From Camelus dromedarius (Eukaryota), in contig NC_087436.1 in NCBI RefSeq assembly GCF_036321535.1, forward strand, positions 40,860,001-40,924,000: DNA of 64,000 nt, in the 5' to 3' direction. The notes beneath the pieces were generated by a model. It saw nothing but the letters and a program-made list of their open reading frames with translations. It had not been told where the DNA came from and ran no database searches. The position numbers and the translations under genes were made by a program. Shown one piece after another: positions 51,507 to 64,000 of the stretch; within the stretch, counting starts at the first letter, position 1, and the number at the start of each line of letters is the position of its first letter.

Positions 51507-54280
51507 TTAAAAAATTATTAAAGTAAAATTGACATGGAAAAAGCTATACAAATCTAGTATATATGAATGTTGAGTTTGGGGAAAGTATACAGTCATAAAA
51601 CCATCACCACAAGGGATGAAAAACAATTTTCTCTTTACCCTCTTGAGTCCTTAGCTGAGACTTCTGTAATAAATGAGATTAACAAGAGGAAAACAGCAGT
51701 TTATTAACATGTACACCTCATGTATTTGTGGGAGATACCCAGGGGAAAATCAGTAATTCAAAGAGGTGGCTTAGAAATCAATAACATTTCAATAAGGAAA
51801 GGAGAGAGACGATGAGGCAATTTAGGGGAGAGTAAAAGATTTTTAGGAAAGGTGAATGGGCCCTTAGAAGCATAGAGGGGAGGTATGGTGGTTTGTGATG
51901 AAGTTTGTCTGGCTGCGGTGCCCACTTTCAGTCTCCCTCCTGTGATGTCAATCTTTCCCTGGTTGATGAAACTCCCAGGGAAAAGATTTCTGATAACTGA
52001 ACTCTTTCAAGGTATCTGTCTTTAGGCAGATGAAGAGAGTTCAGAGAAAGCCTCTCCTGGCACTTGGTGTTTTTCAATTGCGTACAGCTCAAAATAATCA
52101 ATATACTAAAGCAGAATATTTTGCCTTGGCATGTGCTAAACTCCTACAGTCATATTTTGGGGTGGCTTATTCTGCTACCTTCCACCTCCATCATGGCCAA
52201 AAAAAAAAAAACCCATCATCTCACAAAGTTTCCTCTTGCCCCTCTTTTATTATCATTATATTTTTGTATGTAGTAAAATACTTAACATAAGATTGCCTCC
52301 TAGTAAATTGTAGCATATGATAAAGTATGGTTAGCTACAGGCACTATGCTGTATAGCAGATCTGGAGAACATTTATCTTGCATAACTGAAACTTTGTACA
52401 CTTTGACCATCACCTCCTCATTTCTCCCTCACCTGAGCCCCCGGGAACCATCATTCTACTCTCTGTTTATATGAGTTTGACTATTTGAGATTCCACAAAC
52501 AAGTGAGATTACGCAGTATTTGTCTTTCTGTGTCTGGCTTGTTTCCAATACTATACTGTCCTCTGGGTTCATTCATGTTGCAAATTGCATGATTTCATCC
52601 TTTTTTAAGGTTAAATGATATTCCGCCATACACATATACCAAAATTTTCTTTATTTATTCATTTATTGATAGACATTTAGTTTGTTTCCATATCTTGGCT
52701 ATGGTGAATAACATTGCAGTGAACATAAGAGTGCAGGTATCTCTTCAAGATTCTGATTACAATGTTTCTGGATGTATGTACCCAGAAGTGGGATTACTAG
52801 ATCACATAGTAGTTTACTGTGTTCCAAAACGGCTGCACCAATTTATATTCCCACCAACAGTGAACCAGAGTTCCTTATATTCCACTGCCTCACCAACATT
52901 TCTTATCTTTCTGACTTTTTAATAATAGCCATTCTACGAGGCCTGGATTAATATCATTGTTTTGTTTTGCATTTCTCTGACGATTAGTGATGGTGAGGAC
53001 ATTTTCATATACCTCTTGGCAATTTGTATGTCTTCTTTGAAGAAATATCCATTCCATTTTTAATGTGATTATCTTTTTGTTATGGAGTTGTAGGAGTTCC
53101 TTATATATTACTGATATTAACCCCTTATCAGATATATGGTTTGCAAATATTTTTTCTCATTTCATAGGAAATTTTATTGATTATTTCCTTTGCTAAGTTT
53201 TGGTTTTGTTGCCTGTGCTTTTGGTGTCGTATAAAAAAAACTCATTTTCAAGACCAATGTAAAAACTTTTTTCTTATTTTTCCTTCCAGTTTTATAATTT
53301 TATACTCATGCTCCATTTCGGAAAACTGAGGCTGATCTGTATCACATTCAGTTACTATTTCCTTACTCTCTGAGGAAAATAGTTTGAGGGCAAAGATCAC
53401 ACCTTAATCATCAATATAGGTCCCTTCATTTTTTTTTTCATAATTTATAGTACAGAATGTTCACACAAGTAATTTTTCTGTAAATATTTTCAAGTAAATT
53501 ATTACATTTGATTTTACAGAACAACATATAATTTTGTTTGATTTTGTCTTAGGTTTCAGTCTTTAATTCATTTAAAGTTGATTTTTGTATATGGTGTAAG
53601 ATGAGGTCCAATTTCATTCTTCTGCATTTGGATATGCAGCTTTCTCAGCAGCATTTATTGAAGAGGCTATCTTTTCCCTGTTTTGTGCTCTTGGCAGCTT
53701 TGTTACAGAACAGTTAACTGTATACGTGTGGGTTTCTCTGGGGGCTCTTCATTCTGTTTTCCTGGTCTGTGTGTCTACCGCAGTACCAAACTGTTTTGAT
53801 TACTACGGATTTGTAACACAAATAGAAATCAGGAAGTGTGATGCCTCTAGCTTTTCTCTTCTTTCACAAGATTGCTTTGCTGTTTGGAGTCTTTTGTGGA
53901 TCCACATGAATTTTAGAATTGTTTTTCCTACCTTTGTGAAAAATGCCATTGGACTTCTGCCAGGGATTTTATTAAATCTGTAGCTCACTTTGGATAGTAT
54001 GAATATTTTAACAATATTAATTCCTTCAATCCACGAACACACACTATTTTTCCATTCACTTGTGTCTTCTTCAATTTCTTTCCTTAATGTCTTTTAGTTT
54101 TCAGTGCACAAGCCTTTCACTGCCTTGGTTAACTTTACTCCTAAGCATTTTATTCTTTTTGATGCTACTGTGGAAATGTTTATTTTCGTAATTTCTTCTT
54201 TGGATAGTTCATTGTTAGTGTATAGAAATGCAACGTATTCTTGAATGTTGCTTTTGTATCCTGAAACGTTACTGAAATTA
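51507..54280 (-). mobile_element. L1MA9/L1MB-like element (ORF2 3' half plus 3' UTR) carrying two insertions
   Basis: ORF 53803-54042(-) is L1 ORF2 ([11 protein letters not shown]...YRFNKIP...MAFFTK...ILKFMW). The 3' UTR continues across the LTR at 51611-52184. Confidence 0.9.
51611..52184 (-). mobile_element. MER34-like ERV1 solo LTR nested in L1
   Basis: Minus strand begins TGGAAGGTAGCAGAATAAGCCACCCCAAAATATG. Related to 13910-14422. Possible 4-bp TSD ccac/cctc. Confidence 0.82.
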
Positions 54281-54838
54281 ATACTACAGGAAAAAAATAA
54301 TAGAATTGCATTTGATGAAAGATGCTATAGATGGAAAAACTTCTAGTGACAATACCAAAGTCTCAGCTCTTAACTTTTCCTCTCTGATCCCTTGCTAAAC
54401 CCAAATTGGCCAACAACTGCTATTCACTCACTTATTCAACAACAGTCTATTATTCATCATGGGCTAAATTACAGCCCTAGTCTTAATATGCTGCATCCAG
54501 TCCTGTGATGAACACAACCTCAGTCTCTCCATACCATTCAAGTATTTCAACAGTGAAAAATTTTCAGAACCAAACTATACCAAACTTTAGTGACTTTCTC
54601 CAATCTATCTTATAAACTTTTAAGATTCCTACTCTTACAGAGGAGTTTTTCCAGCTGTTCTTACACTGCAAAAATATAATAAAAGTTTAAGCAATAGACT
54701 TTGGTTGTTTTCCTCCTTCCATAACTGTAATTTTAACATGGTTTCTGAAAATATGACTAATTTGGAATTAAAGGAATTTTCTTTTTAAATTTCCTGACAA
54801 AATGTAATATTGAAAAAACAGTATACTGAAAAACAGGA

Positions 54839-55023
54839 CAGTAATTCTTTGGCATCCATGAGGGATTCATTACACCTCCCTTTCAACCTGCCAACGCCTC
54901 CATACCAAATCCTGAGGATGCGCAGGTTCCGCATTCATGGATTCAACTGACTGTGACAAGATTTGCAGTTAGCTAAATCTCCAGACGCAGAATGGCTGAT
55001 TTGGAGGGCCAGAGGGCCCAATG
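54839..55023. mobile_element. Short MER2/Tigger-family MITE with internal hairpin
   Basis: cagtaattctttggcatccatgagggatt...ataccaaatcctgaggatgc...ttccgcattcatggattcaac...gagggcccaatgta. Confidence 0.65.
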
Positions 55024-55593
55024 TATACTGAAAATTGCTATTTTAATCAATGTGACACTTTTAATTTATGCCAGTGCTGTATTTGATTAAGCAGATAATA
55101 TAGTGATTCCATATTTGCTCTTATTAAATATTTCATTAAGAATTTATTCATGTGCTTGTTATTAAGTAAAATCAAATACCATACTATATCTATTTCTCTA
55201 AATAATCTTGATGAACTCTTCCTTCTTAAGGATAAAAATAATATAATGCTTTTGTAATATATTTATGATTCCTGTACATTAATGTGTTATTGCACAGTCA
55301 CATGCACAAGCACATACTCACACACACTTTCATCCAAGTTGGTAAATAATTATACCAATAGGAAGTCTGTACTCATAGCAATTTCCTTCTTTATTTTAAC
55401 TAATTATTATTTTCTATGGTGATGAGACAAGCCAATACTAAACTAGTCAGAATACATCATTTTTAAACCTATCAGGATTCATGGATATAGAGTCATAATA
55501 TATTTCTTACAAAATTTCTGCCTGTTGGATATCTGGAGATTTTTTGGATCAGGTAAGATAACACTGATTTTGTAATAAGAGTGTGTGTATGCA

Positions 55594-55617
55594 TGTGTGT
55601 GTGTGTGTGTGTGTGTG
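55594..55617 (+). repeat. (TG)12 microsatellite
   Basis: Direct reading. Confidence 0.95.
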
Positions 55618-56239
55618 AATCTATTTTCAAATATCTCTTAAATTAAATGTCAGGTTCAGCTTAGCACTGGAAAGACAGTCTATGCCTGTCCGAGGAGTAC
55701 CTGTCAGCTTGTCTTTTGTCCAGTCAAATTGCCAGCTGCTGTCTGGTGACTACTTTAGGCCAAAGGATCACAGAACTCCATGTCAAAACTGCTTCAAAAA
55801 AAAGTGGAAGAAAATGTGACACAGTCTATTATTTCTTTTGGAGATTGGAGTTTACACTTTGAATTATTTAAGGATATTTTTACCACTTTCCTACTGATAA
55901 ATCAATATCAGAAATTCATTCAGGGTTAGGCATGGAAAGAGAAGTTGAAATCCATGAAAGTAGTAATTTCCATGAAAAATTGTGTATTTTAGCCTTGTTC
56001 TATAGTTGTACTGAAAGTTTTGGTTCTGTTATTTGCAAAAGCAAATTTTTTTTTTTATATTTTTCTATTTGGGGAATTTTCTCATTGAATATCTGTTTAG
56101 GTAAAATTTTATTTATGTATGTATCTGTCTATCATCCATCTATTTCTAGCCAGAAAAGACTATGATTAGGATGCTTAGGCTCCATTTTCAGATGATGAGA
56201 AAGATATAAGATTCATTCCCCAAAGCAGATCTTTCAGAA

Positions 56240-56500
56240 TTGTTGAGGACATCCAGTGGTGTCAGCAGATGCACCCAGCAGTAGTGGCAGTGTACAGCTG
56301 CTCTGGCTGTGTCCACTGTGACAGCTCTTTGCATTATAATCTTCGCAGTATTTAAAGTTTAGCATCACTGTCCTTCTTTCTGTTAACCTAATTTTCTAAC
56401 TTTTCTGCCAGCCTTATGAGTTAATCAGTGGCTTTCCAACATTTTTCTTCTACTTGAGTTAGACCTTATTTCTCATGCTTGAAATGACAGAACCTGTACT
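56240..56500 (+). mobile_element. Possible old ERVL-class LTR fragment
   Basis: cagcagtagtggcagtg...ctttccaacatttttcttctacttgagttag...cagaacctg resembles LTR33/LTR16-type ends. Confidence 0.3.
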
Positions 56501-56639
56501 TAAACAGAAAATTTGCAGTTACAGTTTTAGGTACAAGCTAAATCAAAACTGTTATATTTTCCTTCTGAAATAATTATGGTCATTATAAAATGGCTACAGT
56601 TTTAGTCAGTATCACTTTGTTTTATCCTTACAGTGTATG

Positions 56640-56790
56640 TTGTTAGATGGTAAAATAGCTACAACCACTCTGAATTACTGTTTTGTTTAATATAGAATTT
56701 GCATGGTATAACTTTTTCCATTCTTGACTCTCTTCATGTCTGGGTCCCTCCATTTTAGATATGTCTTTTGTAAACCACATAGAGCTGTCA
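56640..56790 (-). mobile_element. Ancient L1M ORF2 endonuclease-region fragment
   Basis: atagctacaacc...tttgcatggtataactttttccattcttgact...ttttagatatgtcttttgtaaaccacatag. Confidence 0.6.
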
Positions 56791-57364
56791 GCTAATGATG
56801 TAGGTTCCAACCTTACTGTAGATCACAATCGTTCCTGGTGAAGTGGGAAGTGCCATCAACCATGACTCTCCTCCTATTTGAAAACCAATAACAAGCTCTG
56901 GAGAGAAAATCATGTCAGCTGCCACCATCATTAACTGCTTTTCACTAGTAGCAATGTATGTGATCCTTGCAGCAACCTTACTTAAATTATTTAATGCAGG
57001 TATAATTGTCTCCATTTTATTGTTGAGTACAGGTAAATCAATTTCCCAAGGAGATGAAAGAAGAAAAACAAAGGTTCAAATATTTATAGCTTGTGATTTT
57101 ATGATACATTCTTTTTAAAAAGTATTATAACATTTTCATGTATAAATTGAGATTCAATTAATTATCCAGCTTCCTGTAGTCATTTTTGAGTACATCCATT
57201 TACTTTTTCACACTTCTATCTTCATATGCCCTTTGATATACGATTCCAATTAACACATTTGCCTAGGAAGCAAATGCTTAAATTTGAGGGAGGGAGAGAT
57301 ACAGGGAGGTGACATTAAAAAGAAAAATCCCTAAAAGAAAAAACAACAGTAATCTCTGCCCTAA

Positions 57365-57386
57365 TGTGTGTGTGTGTGTGTGTGTG
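57365..57386 (+). repeat. (TG)11 microsatellite
   Basis: Direct reading. Confidence 0.95.
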
Positions 57387-57395
57387 TACATACTT

Positions 57396-57628
57396 TTGCC
57401 AGATGTTGTTCTATAGGCTTTTAACTGCATAAATTGATATATTAAATCTCAATAGCATCCATATGAAGCAGTAATAAAGTAGTGATTTGTATTATTCTTA
57501 TTTTGGAGATGTGGAAACTGAGGCAGAGAGATTAGAGGTCTCTTCCAAGGCTTTATAACTAATAAATGGAAGAGCTGGATTTAAATCTGAAGCTTTCTGC
57601 TTCAGTTTATGCTTTTAACCACTACTCT
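57396..57628 (-). mobile_element. MIR SINE
   Basis: attttggagatgtggaaactgaggcagagag...aataaatggaagagctggatttaaatc...gcttttaaccactactctg. Confidence 0.88.
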
Positions 57629-57984
57629 GAATAGTTTTTTTTTTAGCCCCACAGGGATTTTGAATAGAAAGTGCTTTGGAAGATATTATTTATTTTGGAA
57701 AATTTATTAATAATTTTGGAGAACAATATTAGTTTCCAAAACATCCCTCAAGAAACAAAAGACTGATTTACTGGGATATAAACTCCCTAAGTCTTTTATT
57801 TCCTAGTCTATATGTTGTAATAATTTATTTAGTAGACTAAAGATGACACAATACTTATGAAATATGAATAAATGAGCTAACATTTCTTATCTCAAGACAC
57901 TATGTTTAAACCTAAAGCTAAAAGTAATGCTTTAATTCTCTTTTGTAATCAATAAATTTGAGTACTAGAAATAAAAACAATATC

Positions 57985-58440
57985 ATTTTTCCACAAATAT
58001 GCATACACTAGGCATTTACCATTCAGCATATAATTGTCCTAAACTCTAGGGATACAGCAGTGAACAAATCACTCGGTAAAATCTGTAATCTAAAAGAATT
58101 ACATTCTAGAGAGGGTAGATAGACTGTGAATAAATACATAAAGAATAAAATATACTTATCATATATTGGATGGTTGCTACTATGAAGAAAAATAAAGAAG
58201 GTAAGCAGTATAGACGGTATTAAAGGCTGGTAGAGGGGTTGAAATTCTAAATTTCTAAGTTTCAGGTGATCAGGGAAAGCGAAATTTATATTTGAAAATC
58301 AACATAAAGAGGTAAGGGATAAATGTCCTTGTATTAGAGAGAGAATTCCAGGCAGAAGCAATCACAAAGCAACATTTGTGATTTGGGCAGGTGCCTAGCA
58401 TGTTCACAAATATTAGGAAAGTTGATCAGGCCTATGCAGA
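57985..58440 (-). mobile_element. L2 3' end
   Basis: ctagggatacagcagtgaacaaa...tacattctag...ctatgaagaaaaataaag...attccaggcagaag...tgcctagcatgttc. Confidence 0.8.
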
Positions 58441-58771
58441 AGAAATATTTGCATCTTTTCTTTCTTTCCAAGGATAGAAAGTTGCAGATCTCATGGACTT
58501 AAGAGAGAACAGTGAGTATTTTCATTTAAAATAAAAGATACTTAAGACACAAGTTTTTCAACACTATTATATATATTGTTTCTTATGAAACATAAATATT
58601 TTTAGTTACGTAAATTAACCTTGACTACTCACAAAAGCTGATTATTTAAATAAATACAAAACACATTACTTTTTACATTATCCCAACCATTCATTTTACA
58701 CTTCTTTCAAATAACTTTCAAATACAGCTATATCATTCCATAAAATCTATTCACCAGATAAAATATATTTA

Positions 58772-61700
58772 AAATCACCCAATTATAACAACAAAAAGAA
58801 AAGCAAATTTAAAAAATGAAAACAGCTTAAGAGATCTCTTCTAACATTAAGCATACCAACATTCACATTGTAGGGATTCCAGAAGGAGAAAAGAGAGAGA
58901 AGGGATCAAAAATGTATTTGAGGAAATTATGACTTAAAACCTCATGAACCTGAAAAAGGAAACAGATATTCAGGTACAGGAATCACAGAGTCCCAAAGAA
59001 GATAAACCCCTCAAAACACACCGAGAAATATAAGTAAAATTGCAAAAGTTAAAGATAAAAAGGGAATTCTAAAGGTAGCAAGAGAAAAACAAAGAGTTAT
59101 ATAAAAGGGAACTCCTCATTAGGCTATGAACTGATTTGTCTGCAGAAGCATTATTGGCCAGCAGAGAGTGGTGTGATATATTCAAAGTGCTGAAAAGAAA
59201 AACCTACAACCTAGGATACCCTACCCCACAAGATTATCATTTAGAATTGAAGGAGAGCTAAAGAGCTTCTCATATATGAAACCCATGGTAACCACAAATC
59301 AAGAACCTATATAGATACAAAAATAAAAAATAAATAAATAAAAAGAAAGGAACTCAAGCATACAACTAAAAAAAATCATCAAACCAAAAGGGAAGAAACA
59401 AAGAGAAGGAATGAACAGAGGGAAAACTATAAAAACAACTGGAAAACACATTATAAAATGGCAATAAGTATATAGATATCAATAATTAACTGCCAATGAA
59501 CTAAATGATCCAATCAAAAGACACAGACTGGCTAAATGAATTTAAAAAGCAAGGCTTTCTATATACTACTTCAAGGGAATCACTTCAGAGCTAAAGACAA
59601 ACACAGACTGAAAGTGAGGGAATGGAAAAAAGATATCTCATATAAATTGAAACAATAAAAAAGTAAGTGTAGCAATTCTCATATTAGACAAGATAGACTG
59701 TTAAAACAAAGCCTATAACAAAAGAAAATTAAGGTCATTTTATAACGACAAATAGATCATGACAAGAGGAGGAGATAAAATTTGTTCAAATATATGCACT
59801 GAATATATAAAGTATGTTAGGAGCACCTAAACATACAAAGCAAATACTAACAGACATAAAGGGAGAAACTGATAATAATACAATAATAGTAGGCAACTTT
59901 AACACCCCACTTACATCAATGGACACATTATCCAGGCAAAAATTCAGTAAGAAAACAGTGGCCCTAAAAGACACAATTGGTAGTTGGACTTAAAAGATAC
60001 CGATAGGACACTACATCCAAAACCAGTGGAATACACATTCTTTTCAAGTGCACATGGAACATTATCCAAGGTAGGTCATATGTGAGGCCACAAAACAAGT
60101 CACAACAAATTTAAGACGGTAGAAATTATATCAAGCACTCTTCCTGACCACAATGGTATGAAATTAAAAATCAATTATAGAAAGAAAAATGGGAGAAGAA
60201 CAGATATGTGGATACTAAATAATGTTACTAAATAGCCAATAATGAAATGAAAGAGAAAATCAGAACATAGCTATAGACAAATGAAAATGGAAACCAAACT
60301 TTCCAGAATCTATGGGATGTTGGAATCCTACCAACATATAAAGAGCTAATACCTATTCTTCTCAAAATATGCCCCCTAAAATTAAAGAGGACATAACATT
60401 CCCAAATTCATTCTACAAGGCTACAATTACCCTGACACCAAAACCATAAAAGCAGTACATAAAAAGCAAAATACAGGCCAATATCTTTTATGAATATAAA
60501 TGCAAAAATCCTCAACACAATATTAGCAAACCAAATCCAATGATATATAAAATGATCAAGTTAGATTTATTCCAGGGACCCAACAATGGTTCAATATTCA
60601 CAAATTAATGTGGTACACACATAAAAAAAGGAAAAACTAAAACCACATGATCATCTCAATAGATGCAGAAAATATTTGACAAAATTCAACATCCATTCAT
60701 GATAAAAACTCTCACCATAGTGGATATAAAGGGAATGTATCTCAACATAATAAAGTCCATTTACAATAAACCTACAGGCAACATAATACTTAATGGTAAA
60801 AAGCTGAAAGCCTTTCCTCTAAATTCAGGAACAGGACAAGATTACACACTTTGCCACCTCTATTTAATGTGGTATTGGAATGCTAGTCAGAACAATCAGA
60901 CAATAAAAATAAGTAAAAACATCCATGAAAAAGAAAGATATCCAAATTGGAAGGGAAGAAATAAAACTGTCACTATTTGCAGATTAAATAATATTTTATA
61001 TAGAAAACCCTGAAGTCTCCACCAAAAAATTCTTAGAAGTAATAAATGAATTCAGTAAAGTTGCAGGATATAAGATTAATACAAAGAAATCTGTTGCTTT
61101 TCTATATATTAATAATGAAGCAATAGAAAGTAAAAGAAAATTCCATTTAAAATTACATCTAAAAATTTAAAATACCTAGGAATAAACTTAACCAAGGAGG
61201 TAAAAGACCTATACTTTGAAAATTATAAAACACTGATGAAAGGAAACTGAAGTTGACACAAAGAAAGGGAACAGTATACTGTGCTCTTGAATTGGAAGAA
61301 GCAGTATTATTAAAATGCTCATACTACTGAAAGTAATGTACAGATTTAATGCAATTCTTATCAAAATACCCATGGCATTTTTTAAAGAACTAGAACAAAT
61401 AATACTAAAATTCACATGGTACCAGAAAAGACCCTGAATTGCCAAAGCAATCTTGAGAAAAAAGAACAAAGCTGGAGGTACGACCTTCTCAGATTTCAGA
61501 CTACACTATGAACCTACAGTAATCAAAACGGCATGTATTGGCACAAAAACAGACACATATATCAATGGAACAGAATAGAGAGACCAGAAACAAGCTGACA
61601 CACCTGTGGTCAATTAATGTATGACTAAGGAGACAAAATATACCATAGAGTAAAGTCAGTCTTGTCAATAAATGATGCTGGGAAAACTGGACAGCTATAT

Positions 61701-63000
61701 GTAAAAGAATGAGATTAGAATTTTTCCTCACACCATATACAAAAATAAATGCAAAATGGATTAGACCCAAATGTAAGGCCAGAAACAATAAAAGTCATAG
61801 AAGAGAACATAAGTAGAACATGCTTTAACATAAATCATAGCAGTATTTTTTGGATCTCTCTCATAAGACAAAACAAATAAAAGCAAAAATAAACAAAAGG
61901 AACCTAATTAAACTTAAAAGCTTTTGCACAGCAAAGGAAACCATGGACAAAGCTAAAAGACAACTCAGGGAATGGGAGAAAGTATTTGTATACAATGTGA
62001 CTGACAAAGGGTTAATATCCAAAATATACAAACAGCTCATATAAATCAATTAAAAAACCCCACAACACAATAAAAAAATGGGCAGAAGACCTGAATGGAC
62101 ATATTTCCAAAGAATATACACAGGTCTTCAGGCTAACAGGCACACAAAATGTTGCTCAACATCCCTAATCATTAGGGAAATGCAAATCAATACGACAATG
62201 AGTTATCATCTCACACCTGTCAGAATGGCTATCAACAAAAAGTCTACAAATTACAAGTGTTGATGAGGATGTGAAAAGGGATCCCTTGTACACTGTTGGT
62301 GGGAATATAAATTGGTGCAGCCACTATGGAAAACAGTATGGAGTTTCCTCAAAAAAATTAAAAAAGAACTACCATATGATCACAAATACCACTTCTGGGA
62401 ATATATCCAGAAAAAACAAAAACACTAATTCAAAAAGATACAGGTACCCCAATGTTCACAGCAGTCCTATTTACAAAAGCTAAGATATGGAAGCAACCTC
62501 AATGCCCATCAACAGACAAATGGATTAAGAAAATATTGTATACACACACACACACACACACACACACATTTTACTCAGCCATACAAAAGTATCAATTTCT
62601 GCCATTTGTAGTGACACAGAGGAACTTAGAGAATATCACGTGTAGTGAAATGAGAAAGACAAATACTGTATAATATCACTTAAATATGGAATCTAAAAAA
62701 ATAAAACAAATGAATGTGTATAGCAAAACATAAACAGACTCGCAGATATAGAAAACAAACTATTGGTTACCAGTGGGGAGAGAGAAGGGGAAGGGGCAAG
62801 ATTGGGGTATGGCATCAAAAAGATACAAACTACTGTGTATAAAATAGGTTAAATACAAGGATATACTGTATAGCACTGGAAATTATAGCTGTCATATTGT
62901 AATAACTTTTAGTGGCGCATAATCCTAAAACTACTGAATCACTCTGCTGTATACCTGAAACTAACATGATATTATAAATCAATTATATTTTAAATAAACA
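58772..63000 (+). mobile_element. About 4.2-kb dead L1: ORF1 3' part, inter-ORF region, ORF2 (EN, RT, CCHC) with deletions, 3' UTR
   Basis: EN IIVGNFNTPLTSMD (~59883), [16 protein letters not shown] (~60967), [13 protein letters not shown] (ORF 60663-61013), [25 protein letters not shown]-rich tail. Confidence 0.96.
62543..62568 (+). repeat. (CA)13 microsatellite within L1
   Basis: Direct reading. Confidence 0.95.
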
Positions 63001-63339
63001 AAGTATTTAACACAAATATACATTTTACAAATTTTTAAAAAATTATTGCTTTACTATGGATACATATTTGTAATATACTTAGAAATACAGTTTAATTTGG
63101 TAATTTCTGTATCCAATGCAATCTATTACAGATGCTCATTGAATTAGCACTATTAGCTTGTAAGGCAATATACAAGCTTGTACTCTATTGTCTTCAGCTT
63201 CTTCAATGAAGTTGATGCTAATTTTTAAATTTCTCTTAAATTACTTGAAAGTATTAGGCTAGGGGAAGTGTTCTCTATGTCTAAAATCTATTGACCACAC
63301 AATGTTTATTTAGATATTTTGAGCACATGATGTTTATAG

Positions 63340-63995
63340 AGCACATGAGTTTTTTAGAAATGTCAGCGAAAGATACCTATTACCTAAATTATGTTTAAAG
63401 TTTTCCATTCTACCTTGAAGTGGTACTTCTTATTGCTACACAGGGAAGAAAACTTCTTTGACAAGGACTGGTTGGTTTTGCTGCCTTTCCAAAATTTCTG
63501 CCTAGATTGGTTTGGTAAGGGTGAGACAAAAGTTGACGAAATACCTGGCTGTTTCATAGAACTCCACAAAGGAGTTCTGGTTGTACTAAAGCATCACTGA
63601 GAAGGGAGAGAAGAGGACAGATTCAGGCAGTAGGAACAAAATAGTCTTAACAGGACTTAGCCCTTCTACATATGTACAGTTCGAGAGAAAAGTATGCCAA
63701 GGATTTATCATCATTCAGCTTTCTGCTTCAGCAGCTTTGGAGATGTCAGTGCCATTTTCTGAGACAGAAAACTCAGGAGAAGTTTGTCAAGGTAAGATAA
63801 ATTGAGTCTTGAATATAACTAAATTTGAGATGCCCTTGAGGTTTAAAAACACAGGTAAGTGACAGCAGGTAAATGTAAGTCTTGAGATGGGAAGGAAGCC
63901 TCTCAGATGGAGATTTTGGAGGGGAGTCATCACCATATAGAGAGGTAGTAATTGAAGATACAGCGGTGAGAAATCTCTAAGGATGAATATGTATA
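63340..63995 (-). mobile_element. L2 fragment
   Basis: gagaagaggacagattc...gtgccattttctgagacagaaaact...aatttgagatgccc...tggagattttggaggggagtcatcaccatatag. Confidence 0.7.
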
Positions 63996-64000
63996 TACTT

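Noticed and set aside
59786..62673. Cluster of ORFs on both strands resembling an operon or RT-based system
   Set aside because: All are sense fragments or antisense shadows of one dead L1 ORF2.
1..64000. Retroelement strand bias as evidence for a host gene's direction
   Set aside because: L1s lean to + and LTRs lean to -, so the signals conflict and the counts are small.
1..64000. CRISPR arrays, tRNA/rRNA genes, prokaryotic defence systems
   Set aside because: No regularly spaced repeats or structured RNA genes seen, and the sequence is mammalian nuclear DNA.

Overview
AT-rich, CpG-poor mammalian nuclear DNA (intergenic or deep intronic), not prokaryotic. I recognise no intact protein-coding gene, RNA gene or CRISPR array. 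The recognisable ORFs in the track are decayed LINE-1 ORF2 or ERV-L gag fragments; the rest look like chance ORFs. Much of the window is layered transposon fossils: young and old L1s (several with readable target-site duplications), L2 and MIR, Tigger/MER2 DNA elements, MaLR (MLT1) and ERV1-class LTRs, an internally deleted ERV with a tRNA-Arg-type primer-binding site, and ERV-L gag-pro-RT and dUTPase remnants. The L1 3' UTR type, with no ruminant, pig or cetacean SINEs, suggests a cetartiodactyl, probably a camelid (inference). The best non-repeat leads are clustered PBX-HOX plus MEIS motifs at about 19.3-19.85 kb and two frame-compatible minus-strand candidate exons (49844-49911 and 19156-19191). 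I found no convincing novel biological system. Repeat family names come from recalled consensus sequences and need RepeatMasker/Dfam confirmation.
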